64,000 bases of DNA. Source: Mobula hypostoma. Lineage: Eukaryota. Location: the NCBI RefSeq assembly GCF_963921235.1, contig NC_086121.1, forward strand, positions 21,824,001 through 21,888,000, in the 5' to 3' direction. Below the pieces are notes generated by a model that worked only from the letters and a program-made list of their open reading frames with translations, was not told the origin of the DNA and made no database searches. This document shows, piece by piece, positions 37,383 to 48,169 of this stretch (its first letter is position 1; every line of letters begins with the position of its first letter). Both the position numbers and the translations under genes were made by a program.

Positions 37383-37915
37383 TTCAAATATTATTGGACT
37401 CTGGCATGGTGCCAGAGGACTGAAAAATTGCAAATGTCAGTCCACTCTTTAAGAAAAGAGGAAGGCAGCAGAAAGGAAACTATAGATTTGTTAGGCTGAC
37501 CTCAGTGGCTGGGAAGATGTTGGTGTCAATTGCTAAGGATGAGGTTATGGAGTACTTGGTGGCACAGGGCAAGATGGGATGAAGACAGCATTGTTTCCTT
37601 AAGGAAAAATCTGACCTGATGAACCTGTTGGAATCCTTTGAGGAGATTACAGGTAGGATACATAAAGGGATGTAATGGATGTTGTATATTTGGACTTTCA
37701 GAAGGCCCTTGACAAAGTGCCACACTTAAGGCTGCTTACCACATTAAGAACAGATGGTAATGTAGGAAAGTTACTGGCATGGTTAGGGAATTGGCTGATT
37801 GGTATGAGGCAGCAAGTGGGAATGAAAGGATCCTTTTTTGGTTGGCTGCCAAGGACTAGATTCTGCAGGGGTCGATGTTGGGACCGGTTCTTTTTATGCT
37901 GTATATCAATGATTT
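37383..37915 (+). mobile_element. CR1 RT fragment
   Basis: DVVYLDFQKALDKVPH, WLGNWL. Confidence 0.85.
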
Positions 37916-38226
37916 GTGGGCACGTGGCCAAGTGGTTAAGGCATTGGACTAGCGACCTGAAAGTTGTGAGTTCAAGCCCCCCCAAGGCAACGTGTTGTGT
38001 CTTTGAGCAAGGCACTTAATCACACATTGCTCTGAGACGACACTGATGCCAAGCTGTATGGGTCCTAATGCCCTTCCCTTGGACAACATCGGTGTTGTGG
38101 AGGGGGAGACTTGCAGCATGGGCAACTGCTGGTCTTCCATACAACCTTGCCCAGGCCTGCACCCTGAAGAGTGAAGACTTTCCAGGTGCAGATCCATGGA
38201 CTAATGGATGCCTTTACTTTACTTTA
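37916..38226 (+). mobile_element. tRNA-derived SINE
   Basis: A box TGGCCAAGTGG, B box GTTCAAGCC, body TGTCTTTGAGCAAGGCACTTAA, (CTTTA)n tail. Confidence 0.75.
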
Positions 38227-39232
38227 GTTCCGTAAACCAGAAATTCTACACAAAGTTAAAATTTCTATCAGAATGTCCATATTATTTTGAAATTGGATGC
38301 CAGAGCTAAAACAGGAGAAACAAATGTTTGCAAACAGTGTAGATGGCTAGGAATTGAGGTTTTTCATTTCCCCTCTTCCCTATATGTTTCTCAGTGAAAC
38401 TTTCAAGCTAACTCTGCTAAACAAGTTCTTTTTTATGGGACAAATGTTACTTGCGAATTTTCACCTCTTGTCTAAATTCAGTCGGGGTCATGCTGACGCA
38501 GGAATGGACTGCTTCACTTGCTGAAGAGTTGCAAATGGAACTGAACATTGTGTAACTCATCACTTAACATTCCCATGTGGTCTTACAATCCAAGAGAGGA
38601 AGGACAAGCACGCAATTTTTAATTGAGAAAGTAGACAAAGAATCGTATTATTATTTTACTAGTTCTACTTTGAAACAACCCAAACTCGTCCTGCAGAGCC
38701 AGCCTAACAGCCCCCGATTGATTCCTCCTTCTTGATGATGATGATAAGATTTTGGACTAAAAAAGGCACACATCTGTGTAGAAAATACATTCACTATTTG
38801 GTGTGACTCATGTGAAAGTCTTTTGTAACAAGGAGGAGCTGTTAATTGAAGGGAGGAGGCTTGATGTCTATGATCACCCAGTTTCAGTGTGTTGAGAAGC
38901 AGAATGCTGTCACTTTAATCGCTGGTACTTTCTGCCACCCTGGTTCTTTTGGGCAAGAACTCTTCCATTGATCAATGATTCCCAAGAAACTGCTGAAAGA
39001 GGGTGTCTGGGATCATAGAGCACTGTCCATCTGGCCAGCTTTAGTGTAGGGTACACACTGAACCAAGATTCTCAATTGATTTTAAAAAAACATTTATTTT
39101 ATCACATAAGGGAAACATCAGCAAATCGGAATCTATTTTGTGATTCCAAAATTTGTACAATTATTTCCTACAGCCATCAGCTGAATGCCTTCAGACTTAT
39201 TTCCTTGGGTTAGGAAATCGAGAAATATATCC

Positions 39233-39385
39233 TGGTAGTGTAGCAGTTAGCACCATGCTATTGCTGCTTGGCATTCCAGAGTTTGGAGCCAATTCCGGTG
39301 CCATCTGTAAGGAGTTTGTCTGTTCTCCCCGTGATGCCGTGTGCTTCTTCCAAATGCTCCAGTTTCCTCTCACATCCAAAGACTA
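39233..39385 (+). mobile_element. V-SINE-like element (truncated)
   Basis: TGGTAGTGTAGCAGTTAG head; GGAGTTTGTCTGTTCTCCCCGTG...CCTCTCACATCCAAAGAC. Confidence 0.65.
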
Positions 39386-39419
39386 AGTTAAACTAACTTA
39401 AACTACATTTGGCAGTTTA

Positions 39420-41448
39420 GCCTAATAAGTTTCAACTGATTTGGCAGGGGGATGGGAACCAGAGTGATAGGGGTGTTAGTTTACAAGCAGCGGTAGTGTA
39501 TAGTGAGACTGTGAGGAAGGACAGACAGATCATAGGGAAAAATTGCAGTCAGTGGGTTGGGTTGCAGTGTAAAAGGGGACAAAATCGAGAAGGGTGGCAA
39601 ATGCAGGACTGAAAGGTGTTGTATTTGAATGCACGTGGTGTACAGAATAAAGCTGATGATCTTGTACCTCATTTAGAGATTGGTAGGTGTGACTGAGTAG
39701 TGACTGAAGGATGATTTTAGTTGGGAGATTAACATCTAAGGATACACATTGCATTGAAAGGACAAGTGGTAGGTGGAGGAGAAGGGGTGGCTCTGCTGGT
39801 AAAAATGAAATCAATTCCTTAGAAAGGGGTGACAAAGGATTGGAAAATGTAGAATCCTTGTGGGTAGAGTTAAGAAACTGCAAGGATGGGAAGATCCTGC
39901 TGGGGGTTACGTACAGGCCTCCAAACAGTAGCCAAGTTGTGGGTTACAAATTACAGTGGGAGATAGAAAAAAGCATGCCAAAAAGGCAATGTTATATTAG
40001 TCATGGGGATTTCAATATGCAGATAGATTGGTGAAATCAAGTTGATGCTGGATCCCAAGAGAAAATTTGTGGAATGCCTCTGCGATAGCTTTTTGGAGCA
40101 GCTTGTGGTTGATCCCACTAGGGGGATCAGCAATTCTGGATTGGGTGTTGAGTAAAGGACTGGATATGATTAGGGACCTAAGATACAGGAACCTGTAGGA
40201 AACAGTGATCATAGTGTGTTAGAATTCACCCTGAAGTTTGAGAAGGAGAAGTTAAAGTCAGATGTATCAGTGTTATAGTGGAGTAACAGGAATTGCAGAG
40301 GCATAAGAGAGGAGCTGGCCAAAGTTGACTGGAAGGGGACACTAGCAGGGATGACAGCAGAGCAGCAATGGCTGGGGTTTCTGAGAGCAATTCAGAAAGC
40401 ACAGGATAGATACATCCTAAAGAAGAGGAAGTATTCTAAAGGCAGGATGATGTATCTGTGGCTGATAAGGGAAGTCAAAACCAACATAAAAGCATATAAC
40501 AGCAAACATTTGTGGGAAGTTAGAGCATCGGAAAATTTTAAAAAACCAACAGAAGGCAACTAAAAAAAATAAGGGGAGAAAAGGTGAAATATGAAGGTAA
40601 GCTAACCAATAATATCAAAAATTATGCCAAAAGTTTTTCAGATTATATAAAGAGTAAAAGAGAGACGAGGGGAGATATTGGACTGCTGGAAAATGTTGCT
40701 GGAGAGATAGACAAGGAAATGGTGGATGAAATGTGTAAGTATTTTGCATCAGTCTTCACTGTGGAAGACACTAGTAGTATGTCAGAAGTTTGAGAGTGTC
40801 AGGGGGCAGAAGTGAGTGCAGTTGGTATTACTAGGGAGATGGTGCTAGGGAAACTGAAAAGTCTGAAGGTAAATAAGTCACCTGGTCCTGATAGACTATA
40901 CTCCAGGGTTCAGAAAGAAGTAGCTGAAGAGATTGTGGAGGCATTAGTAAAGACTTTTCAAGAATCAATAGTTTATGGCATGGTTCCAGAGGATTGGAAA
41001 ATTGCAAATTTCACTCTACTCTTCAAGAAGGGACAGAGGCAGTAGAAAGAGCATTTAACGTTGGTGGTTGGGAAGATATTGGAGTCAATTGTTAAGGATG
41101 TGGCTTTGGGGTACTTGGAGGCACAGTATAAAATAGGCTATGGTTTCCTTAAGGGAATATCTTGCCTAACAATCTGTTAGAATTCTTTGAAGAAATAGCA
41201 AGCCAGAATAGAGAAAGGAGAATTGGTGGATGTTGTGTACTTGGATTTTCTGCAGGTTTTGATAAGGAGCTGCACATGAGGCCGCTAAACAAGATTAAGA
41301 GTCCAGGGAAATACAGGAATGATAGTAGCATGGATAGAGCATTGGCTGATTGGCAGGAGGCAAAGAGTGGGGAAAAAGAAAGTTTCTTTGAATTGGCTGC
41401 TGGTGACTAGTAGGTTCCACAGGGGTCTGTGTTAGGACTACTCCTTTG
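39420..41448 (+). mobile_element. CR1 LINE fragment (APE endonuclease to start of RT)
   Basis: LYLNAR, ESLWVELRN, GVTYRPPN, GDFN, SDH, KSPGPD, VPEDWKIAN; many lesions. Confidence 0.9.
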
Positions 41449-41689
41449 AACATTGAGGGGGAAATGGATTAGTCAGGATGAAATGGCAGAATGGGCTCGA
41501 TGGGCTGGATGGCCTAATTGTGCTCCTATGTCTAATGGTCTTAATTGATCATTGCCAAATGTCCTGTGATTAATGTTAAATAGGAGGGTTGCTGAGCAGT
41601 GCAACCTGTTGAGCTGGAAGGGCCAGTTCTCAGCTGCGTCTCTAAATAAATAAACTAGAAGACATAGGTTTTGCTCCTGCTATTTGAAC

Positions 41690-42250
41690 AATGTTATTAA
41701 ACTGGGAAGAGTGCAGAAAAGATTTACAAGGACGTTTTGAAGACACTGGGGACTGAATTATGAGGAGACATTGGACAGGCTAAGATGGTGGAGACGAAGA
41801 TGTGATCTTATAGATGTTTATAAAATAATGAGGGGGAAAAGATAGGGTGAATGCATTCAGTCGTTTTTTTGGGGTTAGGGAATCAAGAACTAGAGGGCAT
41901 TGGTTTAAGTTAAGAGGAGAAAGATTTAATATGAACTTGATGGGCAACTTTTTTTTTTAACACAAAGGTTGATCAGTATGGGGAATGAGCTGCCAGAGGA
42001 AATAGTTGCAATCATAACTTTTAAAGCATAGTTCGACACTACTACTACGTTGACTCAGGCCAAGGGGGCCAGCGTCGGGCACGATGACGGACTCGCCACT
42101 TCTTCCTCTCCCTCATAGTTGGACAGGTAAGCGGATAGCAAAAGGTTATAAAGTTATTGGACAATTGTGAGCAGATTCAACGGGTATCTTGGTCTATATG
42201 GACCAGTTGGAGTGAAGGGCCTGTTTCTGTGTTGTATGACTTTGAACCAA
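41690..42250 (+). mobile_element. CR1 3' fragment containing a 75-bp RTE-like 3' end (42039-42113, minus) with 12-bp TSD
   Basis: RVQKRFTR motif. TSD CATAGTT(C/G)GACA at 42027-42038 and 42114-42125 flanks an insert with a (TAC)n end. Confidence 0.7.
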
Positions 42251-42279
42251 TTAATACACATCAGAAGCCACATGTAAAT

Positions 42280-42570
42280 AGAAAACGGCGTTCGGAAATC
42301 CGAGCGTCGTGAAATAAATTCAATAACAGAAATCATCAATAAAGATTAATGTGGACTCGCCGCGTAATGTACACCAGTATTACAAATCTAAAAGAAAACG
42401 GCTGCCACGCCTTTCTGTGAAAGAAAAATTACCCAGAATCCAGATCGAGCCAGAAAGCCCTCTATCTCTGCCGGTTTGGAGGCGAGAACACTGCGCATGT
42501 TCGGAAGTAGAAGCGGAGCGGTTGTCAGGGGTGAGATCGTTAGGAAGCGGACAGAAGGCTGGCGGGGTTG
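42280..42570 (+). promoter_or_regulatory. CpG-rich promoter/first exon of the zinc-finger gene
   Basis: CpG cluster with NRF1-like TGCGCATG (42492-42499) next to ETS CGGAAGT (42502-42508), followed by donor CAG|GTAAA at 42586/42587. Confidence 0.7.
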
Positions 42571-42586
42571 ATGCAGACAAAGGCAG
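42571..42586 (+). CDS. Possible short coding part of ZNF exon 1 (MQTKAG)
   Basis: ATG CAG ACA AAG GCA G|gt splices in frame to tttcag|GC CCG ATG GAG at 46945. Kozak context is weak, so ATG 46950 may be the real start. Confidence 0.4.
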
Positions 42587-44584
42587 GTAAAAGCCTTCGG
42601 TGTCAGGGCTCGGTTGTATGCAAACTGAGCGTGCAGTTTACTACAGAGGAAACAGTGACATATTTTCAAAGACACTTTATTTTAGTTTGACATTAAAAAT
42701 CAGTAGGTGCATTTTTATACTATTGGCTGAAGGGAAGTGGGCTGTTGGGCCCTGGCAGTCCCCGACGTTGTTTATATCCCGCTGCAGCCTTTCCCCGTCT
42801 ACTAGTTGCTGTAAATGCGTGTGCGTTGTCCTCGCCGTGCCGGGTCCACAGGGTGGGTGATTTTGTGTTGTACACAGAAGAGATTCTGCATGTCTCTACC
42901 AGAGCCACTCTATGCATTGGTGTCGAGAGCCAAAGAGGCAGTTTGCTAATTTCATTCAGGGAGAGGTGCTATTTCTCTCTCTCTTTTTCGTTTAGGATTG
43001 AGCTGGCCAGCTGCGTTTTACTGGTAGGAGACATGATGTACTGTTTCTGTGTTGCAGTTCGCCGACTCTGGGATTAAGTAAGGCAAAAGTCCAGCTTGCC
43101 ATTTTTGATTTGGTGACAAATATTTCAAATGCCTAAAGTTGGGATGATGCTTGGGTGTGATGCCACCCACTCCACCCTCTCTCAGTGCTCCCTTTCTGTG
43201 ATCAAGCTGCTCTCTAACTTCGCAGCTATAACCTGCCAGCATGTGCTCCTTCTTACCTCCCTCCCACCCCCATCCATTATATTATATTATTCTGGCTTCT
43301 TTCCCTTTGTTTTCCAGTCCGTTCTTGACTTGAAACGTGGAGTGCTTCAAAGTAAATTTATTATCAAAGTACAAACGTACATATGTGTCACAATATACAT
43401 CCCCGAGGCTTATTTTCTTACAGACATACTTACTAAATCCCCTCCATAGATGATTTCTGGCCTGCTGAGTTCCTCCAGCATTGTGTGTGAGTGTGTGAGT
43501 GTGTATGTGTGTATGTTGCTCTGCACTTCCAGCATCTGCAGAATCTCCTGTGTTTATGAGACCTTGCAGCTAAGTTTTTTGGAGAAGGTAAATGAAAAAT
43601 GTGGGAGAAAAGGGAACAACAAAAAAAAATACAAAGTTGGGACTGTAAATTTACCAAAACCTATAATGGCTAGAATTGGAAATGAAAGTGTGCTGAAAAT
43701 ACTCAGCAGGCCAGATATCTGTGGAGAGGGAAATATTGGCAGTGCTGTCTCAAACTGGAAAAACAGTTTATCTGAGTATCAGTTTCTATGAGTGTAGCTG
43801 AAACACCATTGTTAAAGATTGGGCTTCATTGGTATTGAGAGGGAGTGATAGAGACTAAAAAACAGGTTAGTGGGATGAAGAACGGAAGTGACCCGATACT
43901 GGAAGTTGCTGATCTTGTGGGCTTCATGAAGGTATTCTACAAAACTTGGTCTATGATCTTCCCCTATTGGATTATAAGACTATATGGGGGATGTTAATTG
44001 ATGATTACTCAGTTTTCAGTTCCATTTGCAACTCTTCAGCGTGAAGCAGCCCATTGCTGCATCAGCATGACCCACACAGAACTGAGACAAGAAGTGAAAT
44101 GTTGCAAATAACACTCATCCCGCAAGAGTGGCAGACAGTAAACATGTAATCATCTTTGTGTTATTTCTTTGTCACGTATATCCAGTCATCACAAACCTCA
44201 CTCGGACCAGCCACGCGCGCGCACGCACACACAAAGAGTCACAAAAGCACAGAGGAGGCAGCATATGCTGCAGTGATTGACTCTCCATCAAATATCTCAA
44301 AGACTTTCGCCACTTGCAAGGCTGATCTGGATAGTTCACCATTGCCTGGATGAAGGCAGCTGCAACACTGCTCTCTGAGCGTAATGCCAGTCGGTTAAAA
44401 CAGGTCTGCTTCGTTAATGTTCCATCCGCTGCAGTTTGAGCCGCCAACAAATGCATTGCAGCCACGCAGGCTATTTCAAACGCTTCTACCACCAAGAGCA
44501 ACGGCAGCAGGTGCATGGCCACGCACCTCCAACCACAGGTTGCCCTCCGAATCACTCACTGTCCTCACTACAAAATTGATAAGC

Positions 44585-44985
44585 AGGTGCTGGATATCCG
44601 AAGCAACACACGTACAGGGCACTGGAGGAAGCTCAGCAGGCCAGGCGGCATCTATGGAAACGAATAAACAGTCGACACCCTTCATCAGGAATGTGGGGGG
44701 AAAAGATGAGAAGTCAGAGCAAGAAGGTGGTGGGGGGGGAGGAAACTCAGCAGGTCAGGCAGCATCTGTGAAAATGAATAAATAATCAACGTTTCAGGCC
44801 AAGACCCTTCTTCAGGACTGGAAAGGAAGGGGGAAGAAGCCAGAATAAAAAGGTGGGGAGAGGGAAAGGAAAATAGCTGGCAGGTGAGAGGTGAAGCCAG
44901 GTGGGTGGGAAAGGTAAAGGCTGGATAAGGAGGAATCTGATAGGAGAGGAGAGTGTACCATAGGAGAAGGGGAAGGAAAAAATGT
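44585..44985 (-). repeat. Two tandem PLE terminal-repeat fragments
   Basis: CTCAGCAGG(C/T)CAGGC(G/A)GCATCT occurs twice, followed by a purine-rich tract. Confidence 0.75.
44783..44820 (-). ncRNA. Hammerhead ribozyme motif, core intact
   Basis: Minus strand CAGTC-CTGAAGA-AGGGTCTTGGCCT-GAAAC-GTT-GATTA. Confidence 0.65.
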
Positions 44986-45566
44986 GCAAGTGTTCTTGGG
45001 TCTAAATCCTATCATTCCTTACCAGCATTGTGGTAGTATCTTCAAGAAAGAACAAGTAATAAGTGCTTATTGTGCCATTACTGAATAATTCCAGCATATT
45101 AAACTGCCTTGAGGGCATCTGTCATCAATGCTGTGTGGTCTGGGTAGCCCTTAAATGCAAATTCATATTCTGCTTCAGATCTTCACCAAGCAGAAAATGT
45201 ATTACGGGCAATGCTCAAGTGGTAGCACAACATTTCTCAATGATTTTATGGAATTTAAAGCAGTCCTCATTCATGTTGTCATTTACTCTGTTTATAATGA
45301 TTGTGTGGAAATATTTCTTGGGTAAACTCTTCTCACTGCTGGCTGGTGGACTTCAAGGTGAGTGGTCCCAGGTTCAAATCCGGCCAGCTCCAATACCCCA
45401 CTTTCCATCCATGCTGTGTTGAGCATCGAGCTAGCAACTTGGCCTCATTTAAAAAAAAACACAAAATGCTAAAGAAAGTGCAAGGTTGTCACCCGATGCG
45501 TTACAGGGTGCGGAGAGGAATAATAACAACAAACTCTTCTCTAAGGCTGCATCTGTATATCCATGC

Positions 45567-46604
45567 CACACACATTAAAGTTGCTGGTGAACACAGCAGC
45601 CCAGGCAGCATCTCTAGGAAGAGGTACAGTTGACGTTTCAGGCCGAGACCCTTCATCAGGACTAACTAAAAGAAGAGCTAGTAAGAGATTCAAAGGTGGG
45701 AGGGGGAGGGGAGATCCAAAATGATAGGAGAAGACAGGAGGGGGAGAGATGGAGCCAAGAGCTGGACAGTTGATTGGCAAAAGGGATATGAGAGGATCAT
45801 GGGACAGGAGGCCCAGAGAGAAGGAAAAGGGGGAGGGGGGGGAAACCCAGAGGATGGGCAAGGGGTATAGTGAGAGGGACAGAGGGAGAAAAAGGAGAGA
45901 GAGAAAAAGAATGTGTATATAAATAAACAACAGATGGGGTACGAGGGGGAGGTGGGGCATTAGCAGAAGTTTGAGAAGTCAATGTTCATGCCATCAGTTT
46001 GGAGGCTACCCAGACGGAATGTAAAGTGTTGTTCCTCCAACCTGAGTGTGGTTTCATCTTTACAGTAGAGGAGGCCGTGGATAGACATGTCAGAATGGGA
46101 ATGGGATGTGGAATTAAAATGTGTGGCCACTGGGAGATCCTGCTTTCTCTGGCGGACAGAGTGTAGGTGTTCAGTGAAATGATCTCCCAGTCTGCGTGGG
46201 GTCTCGCGAATATATAGAAGGCCACATCAGGAGCACCAGACGCAGTATATCACCCCAGCCGACTCACAGGTGAAGTGTTGCCTCACCTGGAAGGACTGTC
46301 TGGGGCCCTGAATGGTGGTAAGGGAGGAAGTGTAAGGGCATGTGTAGCACTTGTTCCACTTACAAGGATAAGTGCCAGGAGGGAGATCAGTGGGGAGGGA
46401 TGGGGGGGACGAATGGACAAGGGAGTCGCGTAGGGAGCGATCCCTGCGGAAAGCGGGGGGGGGGGAGGGAAAGATGTGCTTAGTGGTGGGATCCTGTTGG
46501 AGGTGGCGGAAGTTACGGAGAATAATATGTTGGACCCGGAGGCTGGTGGGGTGGTAGGTGAGGACCAGGGGAACCCTATCCCTAGTGGGGTGACAGGAAG
46601 ATGG
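45567..46604 (-). mobile_element. Penelope-like element 3' part (GIY-YIG + terminal repeat)
   Basis: ORF 46227..46754 has RDRVPLVLTYHPTSL...FTCESAGVIYCVWC; homologous to 48880-49880. Confidence 0.92.
45626..45664 (-). ncRNA. Hammerhead ribozyme motif, core intact, one stem I mismatch
   Basis: Minus strand TAGTC-CTGATGA-AGGGTCTCGGCCT-GAAAC-GTC-AACTG. Confidence 0.7.
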
Positions 46605-46944
46605 ATCTGTATATCCATTCTCACTGAGCACAGATTGCAATTTGCGCAGGATGGTTCTCTGTGCATGTTCTCTGTGTTCCACTGTCTTTGAACTGGATTG
46701 TTTCTTTTGCTGGTACTGCAGGGTAATGAGCATGAATGGCAAATGATAAAGCAAAAGTTTCCTCTGTACTGGCTACCTGTGCCTCTTTGTACGTCCACAG
46801 AGTCCCCCAAAAAGGAGGGGGTTTGTGAAACGCTGTTCTCTGGTGCACCGATCTGCCATTGATAGCTGGGCTTGGGACAATGAGTTTGCCTACCTTGGAG
46901 TGTGGGTTGTGATGTGTAATCAATGCCAACGTGCTGTGTTTCAG

Positions 46945-47861
46945 GCCCGATGGAGAAGTTGCAGCAGTCACAAACTGACCCCAGTGCTGAGGACAAGAGT
47001 GCCACGCCCAGCCACGACCCAAGGCGCTTCACGTGCGGGGAGTGCGGCAAGAGCTTCAAGCAGCACTGCGACCTGAAGCGACACGGCAGGGTGCACAGCG
47101 GCGAGCGGCCGTACTGGTGCCCGGCCTGCGGCAAGCGCTTCAGCACCTCCTACAACTTGCTGATCCACCAGCTGATCCACAGCGGTGAGAAGCAGTACAA
47201 GTGCCGGGCTTGCGGCCGGGAGTTCGTGCAGCAGCACCACCTCGTCACCCACCAGCGCACCCACACGGGCGAGAAGCCCTACCCGTGCCCGGTGTGTGGC
47301 AAAGCCTTCCGCCAGTCCTCCACCATGATGGTGCACCGGCGAATCCACGGCGAGGAGCGGCCCTACCGCTGCCCTGACTGTGCCAAGAGCTTCAAGACCT
47401 CGTCCAACCTGTCTAAGCACCGGCGCATCCACACGGGCGAGCGGCGCTTCGTCTGCGAGGTGTGCTCCCGCCGCTTTCTGCACTCCCACCACCTGACCAC
47501 GCACCGCCGCACCCACGTGGGCGAGCAGCCTGCCTCCTGCCCTCTCTGCGGCCAGCACTTCGGTGACCCAGAGCAGCTCCTGGCTCACCGCCGGGCGCAC
47601 GCTGGCGAGCCTCCCTACAGCTGCGAGACCTGTGGCAAAGGCTTTGGCCAGCGCTCCACGCTGGTGCGCCACCGCCGCACGCATACCGGCGAGAAGCCTT
47701 ACGCCTGCCCCATCTGCGCCAAGACGTTCCGGCAGACTTCCACCATGCAGGTGCACTATCGCACGCACTCTGAGGATCGGCCGTACCGCTGCCTGCAGTG
47801 TGGCAAGGGCTTCAAGAGCGCCTCCAATCTGATCGGGCATCATCGTGTACACAGAAGGTAG
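46945..47861 (+). CDS. C2H2 (Kruppel-type) zinc-finger protein, 10 tandem fingers, no KRAB/SCAN/BTB domain
   Basis: ORF 46923..47861 has 10 CxxC-x12-HxxxH fingers with TGEKP-like linkers and high GC3. Acceptor tgtgtttcag at 46944; in-frame ATG at 46950. Confidence 0.93.
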
Positions 47862-48169
47862 AGCATCGCCTGACTTGTAATGGACTCATTTTCATCAGGC
47901 AGGACTGTGCGATTGTAGAGACAGTGACTCACTGGCTGAGGACTTTCTGAGTGACTAATGACATGGGTGGAGCATTTTAATTTAGTGGATGCCCTCAAAT
48001 CATTGAGCTTGGGGTATTAACAGCCAGCTAAAGCCAAAGTTTTATAACAAGTGTGAGATGGCACAGTCTTAGGATGTTTCTCTATACGGGCTAGTGCACA
48101 ACTTTCAAGCACACATTAACTTTTTGAATTGATTGAAAGTCTTTGAATGTCTCATCTTTAAGAACAGGA

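Larger units (their letters stand above)
33107..39057 (-). pseudogene. Putative decayed multi-exon gene of unknown product (blocks 38878-39057, 38660-38756, 35422-35538, 35085-35199, 34858-34991, 34590-34690, 33107-33350)
   Basis: Non-repeat islands bounded by AG acceptors and (except the last) GT donors, with mutually compatible phases at the six junctions (2,0,0,1,0,2). Four blocks are stop-free in the chained frame; the others carry 1-4 stops. No family was recognised with certainty. Confidence 0.45.

Noticed and set aside
37916-37990. Possible tRNA gene
   Set aside because: No proper acceptor stem or poly-T terminator; the sequence continues into a SINE body and tail.
46283-47146. 287-aa minus ORF bridging the ZNF antisense strand and the PLE
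   Set aside because: Chimeric low-complexity frame, out of frame with the PLE protein; no domain.
46968-47852. 294-aa antisense ORF over the ZNF exon
   Set aside because: Shadow frame caused by high GC3 and repetitive finger codons; no recognisable protein features.
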